Shown here one piece after another: positions 27,713 through 36,669 of a stretch of 53,669 nucleotides of DNA. Made by a program: the position numbers and the translations under genes. Under the pieces are notes generated by a model. It was not told the DNA's origin, made no database searches, and saw nothing but the letters and a program-made list of their open reading frames with translations. How positions within the stretch are numbered: the stretch's first letter is position 1; the number at the start of each line of letters is the position of its first letter. Origin of the DNA: an uncultured delta proteobacterium (GTDB lineage: Bacteria > Desulfobacterota > Syntrophia > Syntrophales > UBA2192); contig CAVPJD010000010.1 in assembly GCA_963705165.1 (NCBI GenBank), positions 1 to 53,669 on the forward strand, in the 5' to 3' direction.

Positions 27713-28481
27713 AGGAAACGAATCTCCTGCCGTTACGCTCAAAAGTCTCCAGAGGGTACTGGAACAACCCGCTCAGGGTCTGACTCGACATTGCGGTATT
27801 GATGTTTCCGTCAAAAACTGTCTTTCCATGATTCAGCAACACGGCGCGCCGCATCGCGGCCGGAAGCATATTGAAATCGTGCGTGACGAAAAGAATCGTC
27901 AGGTTTTCCCGTTTGTGAATATCAGTGACAAGGTTCAAGACTTCTCTCTGGACAGCGATGTCCAGATTTGCGGTCGGTTCATCCATGAGGAGGATATCCG
28001 GCTGCTGAAGAATCGCACGTGCCAGTGACACTTTCTGCCGCTCGCCGCCTGAAAGCTGGCCCAGCGGTCTGTCCGCGAGATGAGCCACGCGCATCATTTC
28101 CATGAGGCGCATCGTTTGTTCTCTCTCTCGCCTGCCGGGTGAGTGGAACAGTCCGAGCCGACCGATTGCACCTGTCATCACGGCCTCCGCCGCGAGTATC
28201 GGAAACGCCGGATCGATTTGGAATAATTGAGGAACGTAACCGACACGAAGCCGTGTTTCACGGGAGCGCGTCCATGACTCGCGGTGCCCGAAAAGACTGA
28301 GAGACCCCTCGAATCTTTCAAATCCGGCTATGACATTGAGCAGCGTTGTTTTCCCGGCGCCGTTGGGGCCGATGATCCCGACAAACTCGTTGGGCGATAC
28401 GCTGAGGGTGATTCCATCCAGCAGCAACCCCTTCGCCTTGCGGACGGATATCCCTTTCAGTTCTATAATGTGGTTGCTCAT
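27705..28481 (-). CDS. Metal ABC transporter ATPase (ZnuC family)
   Basis: GPNGAGKT, GYVPQ, LSGGERQK, MDEPT, VTHD. Confidence 0.92.
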   Translation of the reverse strand: MSNHIIELKGISVRKAKGLLLDGITLSVSPNEFVGIIGPNGAGKTTLLNVIAGFERFEGSLSLFGHRESWTRSRETRLRVGYVPQLFQIDPAFPILAAEAVMTGAIGRLGLFHSPGRREREQTMRLMEMMRVAHLADRPLGQLSGGERQKVSLARAILQQPDILLMDEPTANLDIAVQREVLNLVTDIHKRENLTILFVTHDFNMLPAAMRRAVLLNHGKTVFDGNINTAMSSQTLSGLFQYPLETFERNGRRFVSYD

Positions 28482-28506
28482 CGTCAAAATTCGTTTACGA
28501 GCGGCT

Positions 28507-29340
28507 TCATTTTCGCACCGCTGCCGCAAGCACAGCGTTGACATTTTCTCCGAGGGTGGCAAGATACCCTTTTTCCGACGGGAAGTTCGTCAGGATAACG
28601 TGCGGTGCCCGCAGCGTTTCTGCAATCCCCTTTCCGGCGTCGGGCCCGGATTGAAGATTGTCCACAACCATTATTGCACGGTGCCCTCTTCCGATTTCCG
28701 ATAGGTGCACAACTTCCCTCATAGACATCGCCTCCTGCCTGCCGTATTCTCCCACTACTCGGAAGCCCATCCACTCGAGCGGCTCTTTCTGCATGAAGGA
28801 GGCAATAATCGGCTTTCCGAAGATTCCTGCCTGTTTGATCTTTTGAAGGAGTGAGTCTGCTTCCGCTGTTACCTTGCGGATCGCGTCTTCCTTCCGTCTC
28901 ATGATTTCCGCCTTGTCTTCGGGAAAACGCTTTGACAGTTCATCTGCAAGCAGACCTAACCCATATATATGTGAATCCGGTGCCATCCAGTTGCGGCCTG
29001 CTGCGTCGACAAAAAGTTGCGCCCTGTCCTGCAACCCGGTTTTGTCCATGAAAGGCATCCCCCTGAAGGACACATTCAGAACCGCCCTTTGCATTTTCTC
29101 GATATCGGACAGTTTCACGTCATAGTGGCCGGGACACTGTCCCGGCGGAAGTATCGCCTCGACGGAATAACGATGCTCGGGCAGGAGCGCGGAAATCATC
29201 CCGGACAGGATGGAGTCCGATGTCACGATGCTCCGCACGGTTTTCGTGTTCACGTCTCTTGAACTGTTCGAACATCCGGCGGAAAGACACGCCAGCATCA
29301 TTGCCGCAATTACGAGCAATAAACTCGCTTTTGTCCGCAT
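28507..29340 (-). CDS. Metal ABC transporter substrate-binding lipoprotein (ZnuA/TroA-like, atypical ligands)
   Basis: Lipobox LSAGC; ILPPGQCPGHYD; NWMAP; adjacent to permease and ATPase. Confidence 0.8.
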   Translation of the reverse strand: MRTKASLLLVIAAMMLACLSAGCSNSSRDVNTKTVRSIVTSDSILSGMISALLPEHRYSVEAILPPGQCPGHYDVKLSDIEKMQRAVLNVSFRGMPFMDKTGLQDRAQLFVDAAGRNWMAPDSHIYGLGLLADELSKRFPEDKAEIMRRKEDAIRKVTAEADSLLQKIKQAGIFGKPIIASFMQKEPLEWMGFRVVGEYGRQEAMSMREVVHLSEIGRGHRAIMVVDNLQSGPDAGKGIAETLRAPHVILTNFPSEKGYLATLGENVNAVLAAAVRK

Positions 29341-29473
29341 TGACCGATCCTCCTGCACGCTCATCAACCGGGTATGCATGTATCGTTCGCCGGAGCGGGG
29401 TCTCTTACACGGGAGCCCCGCTCCCGATACTCACGGGTGTTTCAATGTGCCGCCTGTGGTGCAAAAAACAGGC

Positions 29474-31573
29474 TCAATGGAAACTCAGGCTGGCCCCGGC
29501 AAAGACGGTGATACCAGGCATGGGGTAGCCTTTGGCGTATTCATAGTCCTGATCAAAAATATTGTTTGCCGCTACGAACACCTCCGAATCACGCAGCCGC
29601 AGCGGCTTATAATTGAATCGATAGCTCAGCCGGGCGTTCACCAGCGTGATATCATCCAGCTTGTTTCTGGAGCCGGGATCAGTGAAATTAAACGTGCCGG
29701 TGCGGGAGGCCGTGCCTTGATACAGCCCCTGGATGTGCTGCATATCCAGGAAAAGACGGCAATTCTCCAGGAACGTCCACGTGAGTCCGGCCTGAAGCTG
29801 AAAACTGGGAGTGTAGGGCAGATTGTCGACTTCAATTCCGTTACTGCCGGTGGCTTCGGCTTGCAGCCAGGTGGCGCCGGCGAACAGTTCAAGGTTTTTC
29901 ACAGGGATTGCCGTACCGGTGAGCTCCAGTCCGCGAATCTCGTAGTCGCCGATAGGGTCATTGAACTGGACCGGAATGGGTCCGAACATGTACGCCTGGA
30001 AGCGGTCTTTGCCCTTGTCATAGAAGGCGGTCGCGCTCAGCGAGGCCGCCTGCGGCCAGGTGTGCATTAAGCCGACTTCGTAGTGGTCAACAACTTCCGG
30101 TTTCAGATTCTCCCAGTACTGGCTGGCATTGGGTACGGGCGAACTCTGGAGAACAAAGTTCATCAGCACCACCGGCGTGGGATAGATGATGCCCCTTGCA
30201 TAATTGAAGTTCAAATCTGTATTGCCGTAACCCATGACCAAACCGCCCTGTGCCGCCGTCTTGTCCTCGAACTCATTATGATCGTAGTAACGGATACCGG
30301 CTGAGGGGGTGATATGGAAACCTTCCGAGCGACCGAACATCTGGCTGATGGCAAGGTAGGGCGAAAAGATCGTTGTATCGGGGAAATCCCAGACTCTTTC
30401 TGCGCGTCCGCCATTGATACCCGGGACCGCCAGCCCGCTGTAAGTTCGTTGGGTGTTCTTCGTTTCGCTCATATCCAGGTCCGCCCCGAGCAATATTTCT
30501 CCGCCGGACCAAAGATGGAGGATTTCTTTTCCCCGGACTCCGTAGAGCATGATCTCCTGCTGGGACCAGAGGCCACCACTGCCCCCCGCATAGCGCACGC
30601 CGTTCGTCAGCTCCTGCAACAGATCGAAATCCGTATTGTTCCAATAGGCCTTGAGATACCCTCCGAAATTCTCGTACTGATGGTTCAGGGTCAATGTGGT
30701 GAATGACGTCTCCGTGTCGTAGCGTTCTGCCCCGGGCCAGCTTACTCCGTTCGTTGACGTGGGCGTCGTGTCCGGCATGGGAGCCAGTGTTTGACTATCT
30801 ATATACTGGGCCAAAAACCTGACATTCCATTTGTCGCTAATCTGGTAGCCCATATTGGTGTAGTAGCTCTGTTGCTGGGCGCGGGAATGATCTCGATGAC
30901 CGTCCGTCGAAAGCCAACTCTGCGAAACATAACCATCGAACGGTCCCTTTTTGACACCGCCGGAAAGATTTTCATTGAATGTATTGTAACTCCCTCCGCT
31001 GAAATGCAGCACGATTTCCTGACCCTCTTGCGTCATGTACTTGGGGACAATATTGATGGACGCATAGCCGCTTCCGAATTGAGACGGCTGCGGGCTCTTG
31101 TACACCTCTACCCTCCCGATGGTGGATACGACCGTGCCGTCGCCCAATACCTGGCCGAAGAGGGCTCCGTAGCGCGGAACGCCGTCAAACTGAATGGCAA
31201 AATCGGCGCTGGGATGGCTCGATCCCCGGCCGCGGACGTACAGGCTGTGGCTCGTCTGGCTCCCTACAAGATTCTTGCTCTGAAACATGACCCCCGGCAC
31301 GTTGCGCAGTGTCGACTGGAAGTCATAGGAGTTCTGTTCCTTGATTTGCTCTTCGGTTACCACATTGTGCTGGGTTCCATAACGGGTATCAAATATAGGA
31401 GTAACCGGGGTGGTATGCGGAGCGCCTATGACGGTAATATCTTTCAATACCGCTTTCGCTTCCTTTTCTTCTCCCGCCTTTTCACCTTTCGTTGGCTCTT
31501 CCGCCCATGCCGATATATCCATGACAAAGATGCACAGAAGAAGACTGATTGCTACTCTTGCAGCGTATTTCAT
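29474..31573 (-). CDS. TonB-dependent outer-membrane receptor
   Basis: Signal peptide, TonB-box-like DITVIG, LRNVPGV, YVRG, RVEVYKSP, LKPE, NNIFDQDY...PG, terminal beta-strand ASLSFH. Confidence 0.92.
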   Translation of the reverse strand: MKYAARVAISLLLCIFVMDISAWAEEPTKGEKAGEEKEAKAVLKDITVIGAPHTTPVTPIFDTRYGTQHNVVTEEQIKEQNSYDFQSTLRNVPGVMFQSKNLVGSQTSHSLYVRGRGSSHPSADFAIQFDGVPRYGALFGQVLGDGTVVSTIGRVEVYKSPQPSQFGSGYASINIVPKYMTQEGQEIVLHFSGGSYNTFNENLSGGVKKGPFDGYVSQSWLSTDGHRDHSRAQQQSYYTNMGYQISDKWNVRFLAQYIDSQTLAPMPDTTPTSTNGVSWPGAERYDTETSFTTLTLNHQYENFGGYLKAYWNNTDFDLLQELTNGVRYAGGSGGLWSQQEIMLYGVRGKEILHLWSGGEILLGADLDMSETKNTQRTYSGLAVPGINGGRAERVWDFPDTTIFSPYLAISQMFGRSEGFHITPSAGIRYYDHNEFEDKTAAQGGLVMGYGNTDLNFNYARGIIYPTPVVLMNFVLQSSPVPNASQYWENLKPEVVDHYEVGLMHTWPQAASLSATAFYDKGKDRFQAYMFGPIPVQFNDPIGDYEIRGLELTGTAIPVKNLELFAGATWLQAEATGSNGIEVDNLPYTPSFQLQAGLTWTFLENCRLFLDMQHIQGLYQGTASRTGTFNFTDPGSRNKLDDITLVNARLSYRFNYKPLRLRDSEVFVAANNIFDQDYEYAKGYPMPGITVFAGASLSFH

Positions 31574-31784
31574 TAAATTTCCCCCTTTTCTTTCACCACC
31601 TCCTTCTGTTATCATTTTATGCGGAGAGCGGTGTCATGCGCATCGTTTTCTCTCACTGGGGGACAGGGTGTTTCCCGCCAAGGTCGGCCCTGTCCCCCTT
31701 ACATTTTGCCTCATCTTCGAAGAACTGCATCACCGATATGTTCCCGTCACCTCCCCTCTGCGACTCTAGCAGAATAGTCCGCAT

Positions 31785-32561
31785 TTATATCCCGCCATCC
31801 TTTAAAGCCTGGAGCTTGTATGTTATGGGGAGATGAACAATGACCCTGTAGGGCATCTTTCTGGAAATCACCGTTCTTGCGACCCCCTCTTTTGCGTTGT
31901 CGTCGAGAATCCGGTAGCCCGAGCTTTTCAATGCTCGAATCTCGCTTGTAGTCCCATTTTCCAGCACGATGAAGGAGAGGAGCGTCTTTCCCTCAAGCCC
32001 CCGCCTCCTCGCTCTTTCCGGGTATTCAATATTTTTCATGACCGCATCGCGGATATAGTTGTAGTCCTTGCCCTGTGCTAACATGATTTCTCCGCCTTTA
32101 CCTGCACCCTGACCACCGCTTTCCGCGCCATCTGTCGCTCCGGTAGACCCACCGTGCGCTTGAAGGAAGAGCCCCGATCTGGAAGGGCCTGCGTAGTTTG
32201 CCGGCGTCCCATGAATGACCATTTCGCCCTGGGCATCCGACGCAGTGACGATGGTCGGCACAGGAGGCGGCTCGACCCATTCTTTTGCTGGAAGGGTTTC
32301 CGGATTCTGCTTAAGAGGCCGATCCGGTTCGACTATCCTTTTGGGGGCCGTATCTCCATGAAGTATCCGTGTTTTTTTCTCAAATCTCTCCTTTTCCACT
32401 TTCGCTGCAGACCCCATTGCAGGATCCTTCATGAGCGAGAAGTCGATCTCCACCTCCTTGACCGGTCCTTCCTGCGCGGTGAACGAAGCAGCCACCAGGA
32501 GCAGTATGACGCATGAGTGCACCAAGACGGAGACGGCTGTTCCTAAGTGGCTTTCTCTCAT
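31785..32561 (-). CDS. tonB: TonB energy transducer
   Basis: N-terminal SVLVH TM helix; YPERARRRGLEG, SSGYRILD C-terminal domain. Confidence 0.9.
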   Translation of the reverse strand: MRESHLGTAVSVLVHSCVILLLVAASFTAQEGPVKEVEIDFSLMKDPAMGSAAKVEKERFEKKTRILHGDTAPKRIVEPDRPLKQNPETLPAKEWVEPPPVPTIVTASDAQGEMVIHGTPANYAGPSRSGLFLQAHGGSTGATDGAESGGQGAGKGGEIMLAQGKDYNYIRDAVMKNIEYPERARRRGLEGKTLLSFIVLENGTTSEIRALKSSGYRILDDNAKEGVARTVISRKMPYRVIVHLPITYKLQALKDGGI

Positions 32562-32941
32562 TGACCCAACCATTCGGTCTGGAGGCTCACCCTTCTGAAG
32601 CCCTCCGTTTTGATGAGATCAAGGACCTCGACAAAAACTTGGAGGGGAATATCCTTGTCGGCTCTGATAAGAATGGGCGTTTGTCTCGGTATGGCTGCAA
32701 TACGGGCCTTGAGGGCAGGGAGGGTGATGACATTGCCCTGGTAAAAAATAGCACCCAGCTTGTCGATCCCCACAACCTCCGTCACCATAGCCACTTCATG
32801 TTTTCCTACTACCTTCGGCAGTTCCACGGGTATGATGCCCGTTACAGTAAAGGTGCTTGTGGTGAGCACTATGGTGAGGAGTACAAGCATCACGTCGATG
32901 AAGGGTATCATGTTGATATAATCGAATTCCTTCTCATCCAT
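32558..32941 (-). CDS. exbD: ExbD
   Basis: [23 protein letters not shown]. Confidence 0.92.
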   Translation of the reverse strand: MDEKEFDYINMIPFIDVMLVLLTIVLTTSTFTVTGIIPVELPKVVGKHEVAMVTEVVGIDKLGAIFYQGNVITLPALKARIAAIPRQTPILIRADKDIPLQVFVEVLDLIKTEGFRRVSLQTEWLGQ

Positions 32942-33359
32942 GCCGGTCATCCCACTCCAGCAGAATAACTTTGACCCGTCGCAAAAGGGAGTTGTAGAAG
33001 ACGATGGACGGTATGGCAACCAGCAAACCTACGGCGGTCGCCTTGAGGGCGAGGGCGAGCCCCACCATGATGCGAGTGGCATTCACATACCCTTCGACAC
33101 CTACCGTGTAGAAAGTCAACATGATGCCGAGCACCGTCCCGAGAAGGCCAATGTAGGGCGCGTTGCTCCCTATGGAGGCGATTATCCCCAGCTTTTGTGT
33201 AATCGCTATCTCCAGGGTGCGCCTGCTCCCCGCGTAGCCACCGGGATCGACCTTCTTGAGGAAAAGCCACCGCTCCACAAAAATTGCCAGGGAAATGATA
33301 GACAGGAGAATCAGCAGTACAATGATGCCGTAATCTACGAAGTAACTCAGCCACGCCAT
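32934..33359 (-). CDS. exbB: ExbB (short, 141-aa type)
   Basis: [41 protein letters not shown]. Confidence 0.92.
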   Translation of the reverse strand: MAWLSYFVDYGIIVLLILLSIISLAIFVERWLFLKKVDPGGYAGSRRTLEIAITQKLGIIASIGSNAPYIGLLGTVLGIMLTFYTVGVEGYVNATRIMVGLALALKATAVGLLVAIPSIVFYNSLLRRVKVILLEWDDRHG

Positions 33360-33473
33360 CACAACCCCCCTGTCGCGGTCTGAACCGCACCCGTATAAGA
33401 ATTGGAAGAATGCCGCCGCATCCCCTCCCACGCCGTCCCGCTGAGCATGTCCTCCCGGGTTGATGTGTGCCGG

Positions 33474-33860
33474 TCATGAATTTCCAATATCGCTGACTTG
33501 GAAACAGCTGTTTTCCGGGGAATCGGCTCTGAAGGTGGCGATACTTGCTCCGCGTTGGCTGAATCGGCTTTCGTTGCGTTGAAGCGGTACGTCCCGGCAA
33601 ACTCTTTTCCCATGCTTTTTTCCTTTTTCCCGGCCTGACCCCCCCCGTGCGTCCGTCTGATTTCCCTCCGCCAAGGGCGCGATCGTGACCACGAGCGCTG
33701 ACAGGTCGGCGGAGACTGGACGAAATGTCGCACCGGCTAAAAAAAGTGCAAAGATCACGGATGAGTGGATGACAAGAGACAACTGCAGTGCAATCAGATC
33801 GTTTCGTCGCACGTCAGCAAGATCTGAACAGGGTGTATGAAAATCTGCTCTCATCATCAA
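33474..33860 (-). pseudogene. Truncated or degenerate TonB-like N-terminal fragment
   Basis: LSLVIHSSVIFALF TM helix resembles VSVLVHSCVILLL of the neighbouring TonB; no TonB C-terminal domain. Confidence 0.45.
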
Positions 33861-34009
33861 AGGGGTTTCCCCTTCGCCCTTCCAAGTCGGAACGGGCGAA
33901 GGGGATATGGGGAAATACTAATCACACAAAAATAAAATACGTGCTACTTGGTGGTCAAAAAAAAGAATTTTCTGAGCTTTCGCCCGCAATCCTTCAATAC
34001 GTTTGGCTT

Positions 34010-34055
34010 GTGCTACGAATGAGAGGTTCGTAACACATAGGGAGGGGTCTGTCAA
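34010..34055 (-). promoter_or_regulatory. Promoter of the exbB-exbD-tonB-receptor-ABC operon with NikR box
   Basis: TTGACA(34050-34055)-17 nt-TACGAA overlapped by GTGCTAC-N13-GTAACAC (34010-34036). Confidence 0.85.
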
Positions 34056-34165
34056 TGCGTTTTCGACGTAGCGATCAAAGATCTTTAAGACCCGGGTCAC
34101 GTTCAAGACCTTCAGGACTGTCTCCCCCGCTCTCCGATGAGATCCCTGCAGGCGGGCAGCTTCAC

Positions 34166-34198
34166 AAAAATAAAGGGGGGATGGCAACGCATCCCCCC
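34166..34198 (-). terminator. Intrinsic terminator after the cytochrome c pair
   Basis: GGGGGGATG-6 nt-CATCCCCCC followed by TTTATTTTT on the minus strand. Confidence 0.75.
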
Positions 34199-34229
34199 GC
34201 CGTTTTCTTTTCGACGACAGGCGCTCGTC

Positions 34230-34601
34230 TCAGGAGCCGTATTTCCCCTTGAAGGCCGATATCATGTACTCGACGATGGACTTGGCCTCCTCGGGGCTGA
34301 CGGACTGGGCGGGCATGCGACCCTGGCCTTTCAGGATCACCGCGGTGATTTTTTTGTCGTCGGTCTTCTTCCAGTACTCGGGGTTGGTGAAATCGGCGAT
34401 CTTCCCACCGAAGGACGGTGCTGCCATCCCCCTGCCGTCCCCCTTTTCCCCATGACAGACGGCGCAGTATCCACGGTAGAGCTGCTCGCCGGCGGGCGTT
34501 TCCTGCTGGCCGATGGCCTGAACTGTCAGAACGATTGATCCGAGGAGAGCTGCCGTGACCGGAATCAACGCCCCCATAACGAATTTATTGCATTTCTTCA
34601 T
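34230..34601 (-). CDS. Monoheme class I cytochrome c
   Basis: Signal peptide, GEQLY, CAVCH, GRMPA distal Met. Confidence 0.88.
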   Translation of the reverse strand: MKKCNKFVMGALIPVTAALLGSIVLTVQAIGQQETPAGEQLYRGYCAVCHGEKGDGRGMAAPSFGGKIADFTNPEYWKKTDDKKITAVILKGQGRMPAQSVSPEEAKSIVEYMISAFKGKYGS

Positions 34602-34620
34602 CGCACTTTCCCCGGGAGTC

Positions 34621-34959
34621 TCACTTCTTAAACGTTGCTTTCATGTACTCCACGACGGCCTTCGTCTCCTCGGGCGAGAGCGGGATGGCCGGCATGCGGC
34701 CCTTGCCCTCTACGATCACTGTGGTGATTGCTGCATCGTCGCTCTTCTTCCCCTTCTTCCAGAACTTGGCATCGAAGGCGTCGGTCTGCATGATCACGCC
34801 CTTGCCGTCGCCGTCGGACCCGTGGCACAGGGCGCAGCGGTTGCCGTAGATCTGCTTGCCGTCCTGGCCGACGACGGGCGAGACGAAAACAACGGAAAGG
34901 AAAACGACGACGAGAAGCGCTGCGAAGGTGGTTGCTTTGACGCGTTTGATTCCCTGCAT
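34621..34959 (-). CDS. Monoheme class I cytochrome c (paralog)
   Basis: SD GGGAGGG, signal peptide, GKQIY, CALCH, GRMPA. Confidence 0.88.
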   Translation of the reverse strand: MQGIKRVKATTFAALLVVVFLSVVFVSPVVGQDGKQIYGNRCALCHGSDGDGKGVIMQTDAFDAKFWKKGKKSDDAAITTVIVEGKGRMPAIPLSPEETKAVVEYMKATFKK

Positions 34960-35091
34960 GATATCCCTCCCTGAAAAATAGATTGGATGCGGTGATTCCT
35001 GCGTACCGGTCATCATTGTAATGGTCCGCCGGCCCGGCGTCAACACCCCTTCTTTCTTGACCCCTGGAGTGAAGTCGGGTAGTAATAACCG

Positions 35092-35832
35092 ATGCTTGAG
35101 AAGGGCGCAATCGCAGGCCGCCTTCATCGGCGTCTCGTGGAGCAGAGCCGTCGGTTTGCCGTCGAGGACGTCCGGATCGGCGGCAGCTACGTCGCTGTAG
35201 TCCTGAGCGGCGGCCGGATCGGACTGGCTGCACGACTGAAGGAGTTTGCCGGCACGCAGATCGAAATTCCCGGCACCGCGATTTGCGGAAAGCGTGCAGA
35301 CGCGCTGCTTACGCATCTCGTTTCCGGCACAGGCGCCGTGGAGCGAGCCCTGGGGCTCGCAACGGCCAACGCCCTGATCCATCCCCCGGCGCCGGCAGAG
35401 GAAGAGGACACGATCTCTCTCATGGGGCTCCGTGCCGGCGAGCAGGTCGCCATGGTGGGACTCTTCCGGCCGATCGTTCCCCGGATCGAGGCAACGGGCG
35501 TGATCCTTTCCGTCATCGAGCGCGATACGCCGGAGAAAGAGCGCCGGGACATCCTCGGGGCCTGCAGCGTGGCCATCATCACGGCCACGACGCTTTTGAA
35601 CGGGACCCTCGAAGGGGTCCTCGGCGAATTGGGCAGGCCCCGTCACGTGGCGCTCATCGGGCCGTCCACCCCGCTTTGCGAAGAGATCTTCCGGGGGAGC
35701 CCGGTGACTCAACTCGGCGGGTCGGCCATCGTCGATGCAGCCGGGCTTTTGCGGGCCGTCTCCGAGGGCGGCGGGACGCCGGCCATGCGGCCCTATCTTC
35801 GATTTGTTAATACCAGGGTGCATCGGTCATGA
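35092..35832 (+). CDS. DUF364/Rossmann-like putative metal- or pterin-binding protein
   Basis: ERALGLATANAL, VAMVGLFRP, IITATTLLNGTL, IGPSTPL. Confidence 0.75.
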   Translation: MLEKGAIAGRLHRRLVEQSRRFAVEDVRIGGSYVAVVLSGGRIGLAARLKEFAGTQIEIPGTAICGKRADALLTHLVSGTGAVERALGLATANALIHPPAPAEEEDTISLMGLRAGEQVAMVGLFRPIVPRIEATGVILSVIERDTPEKERRDILGACSVAIITATTLLNGTLEGVLGELGRPRHVALIGPSTPLCEEIFRGSPVTQLGGSAIVDAAGLLRAVSEGGGTPAMRPYLRFVNTRVHRS

Positions 35833-36329
35833 AAAAGACCCCGATCGTCTCCATCGTGGGCTACTCAGGGAGCGGCAAGACCACCCTCGTCGAGAAGATG
35901 ATTCCCGAACTGAAACGACGCGGATGGCGGGTGGCCACGATCAAGCACAACCGCCACGGGTTCGAGATCGACCACGAGGGAAAGGACAGCTGGCGCCACC
36001 GCAGGGCGGGGGCGGCCATGACCGTGCTTGCCTCGCCGGGGAAGGTGGCCGTCATGGCGGATGTCGAGGGTGACTTGAGCCTCGAGGAGCTGGGAGACCG
36101 GTTCATCCACGGCATGGATGTCATCCTTACGGAAGGCTTTAAAAAGAACCCCCACCCGAAGATTGAGGTTTACCGCAAGGCCCTGGGGCGCGACTTCATC
36201 TCACGGGGCGATGCATCGCTCCTGGCCGTTGCGGGCGACCGTCCGGAAGGAATCGATGCGCCCTGCTATGACCTCGACGACATAGCCGGGCTGGCGGATC
36301 TCATCGAGACGAAGGTGCTCCGGGCATGA
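35829..36329 (+). CDS. mobB: Molybdopterin-guanine dinucleotide biosynthesis protein B
   Basis: GYSGSGKTT, TIKH, GKDSWRH, TEGFK. Confidence 0.93.
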   Translation: MKKTPIVSIVGYSGSGKTTLVEKMIPELKRRGWRVATIKHNRHGFEIDHEGKDSWRHRRAGAAMTVLASPGKVAVMADVEGDLSLEELGDRFIHGMDVILTEGFKKNPHPKIEVYRKALGRDFISRGDASLLAVAGDRPEGIDAPCYDLDDIAGLADLIETKVLRA

Positions 36330-36652
36330 TGGAGTACATCATTCACAACCTCTTTTCGACCGAGGCCGGGGTCGTCTGGCTCGTCCTGAAGTGGATTCTC
36401 GTCGTGCTGGCGGCGGGATTCATCGGCCAGTTCGGGAAGGCCTTCGCGACCTACCTGATGAGGCGCACCCGGCAGCCCATGGAGCCTTCCCCGCAGAGTC
36501 TGCCCGAAGCGGGTTCGAAGGGGGCCTTGCCGGAAAGCCCTGCGCTGCAGCAGATACCCTCCGCCGGGCGGGAGGAGGAAAAGAGGGAAATGAAGGCGCA
36601 GGCGAAGCGGCAGAAGAAAGAGCTGAAGAGCCTGAAAAAATTTTTGAAATAA
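36326..36652 (+). CDS. Hypothetical single-TM protein with basic C-terminus
   Basis: ATGA overlap with mobB; LKWILVVLAAGFIGQFGK TM segment. Confidence 0.7.
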   Translation: MMEYIIHNLFSTEAGVVWLVLKWILVVLAAGFIGQFGKAFATYLMRRTRQPMEPSPQSLPEAGSKGALPESPALQQIPSAGREEEKREMKAQAKRQKKELKSLKKFLK

Positions 36653-36669
36653 TAAGGACTGACTGAAAC

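Noticed and set aside
31574..34055. Cobalamin riboswitch or Fur box for the TonB-dependent receptor
   Set aside because: No B12-box or GATAATGAT-type motif recognised; a NikR-type box is present instead
34621..35823. 400-aa minus-strand ORF
   Set aside because: Only the last 112 aa (cytochrome c with its own SD) are credible; the rest is antisense to the DUF364 gene
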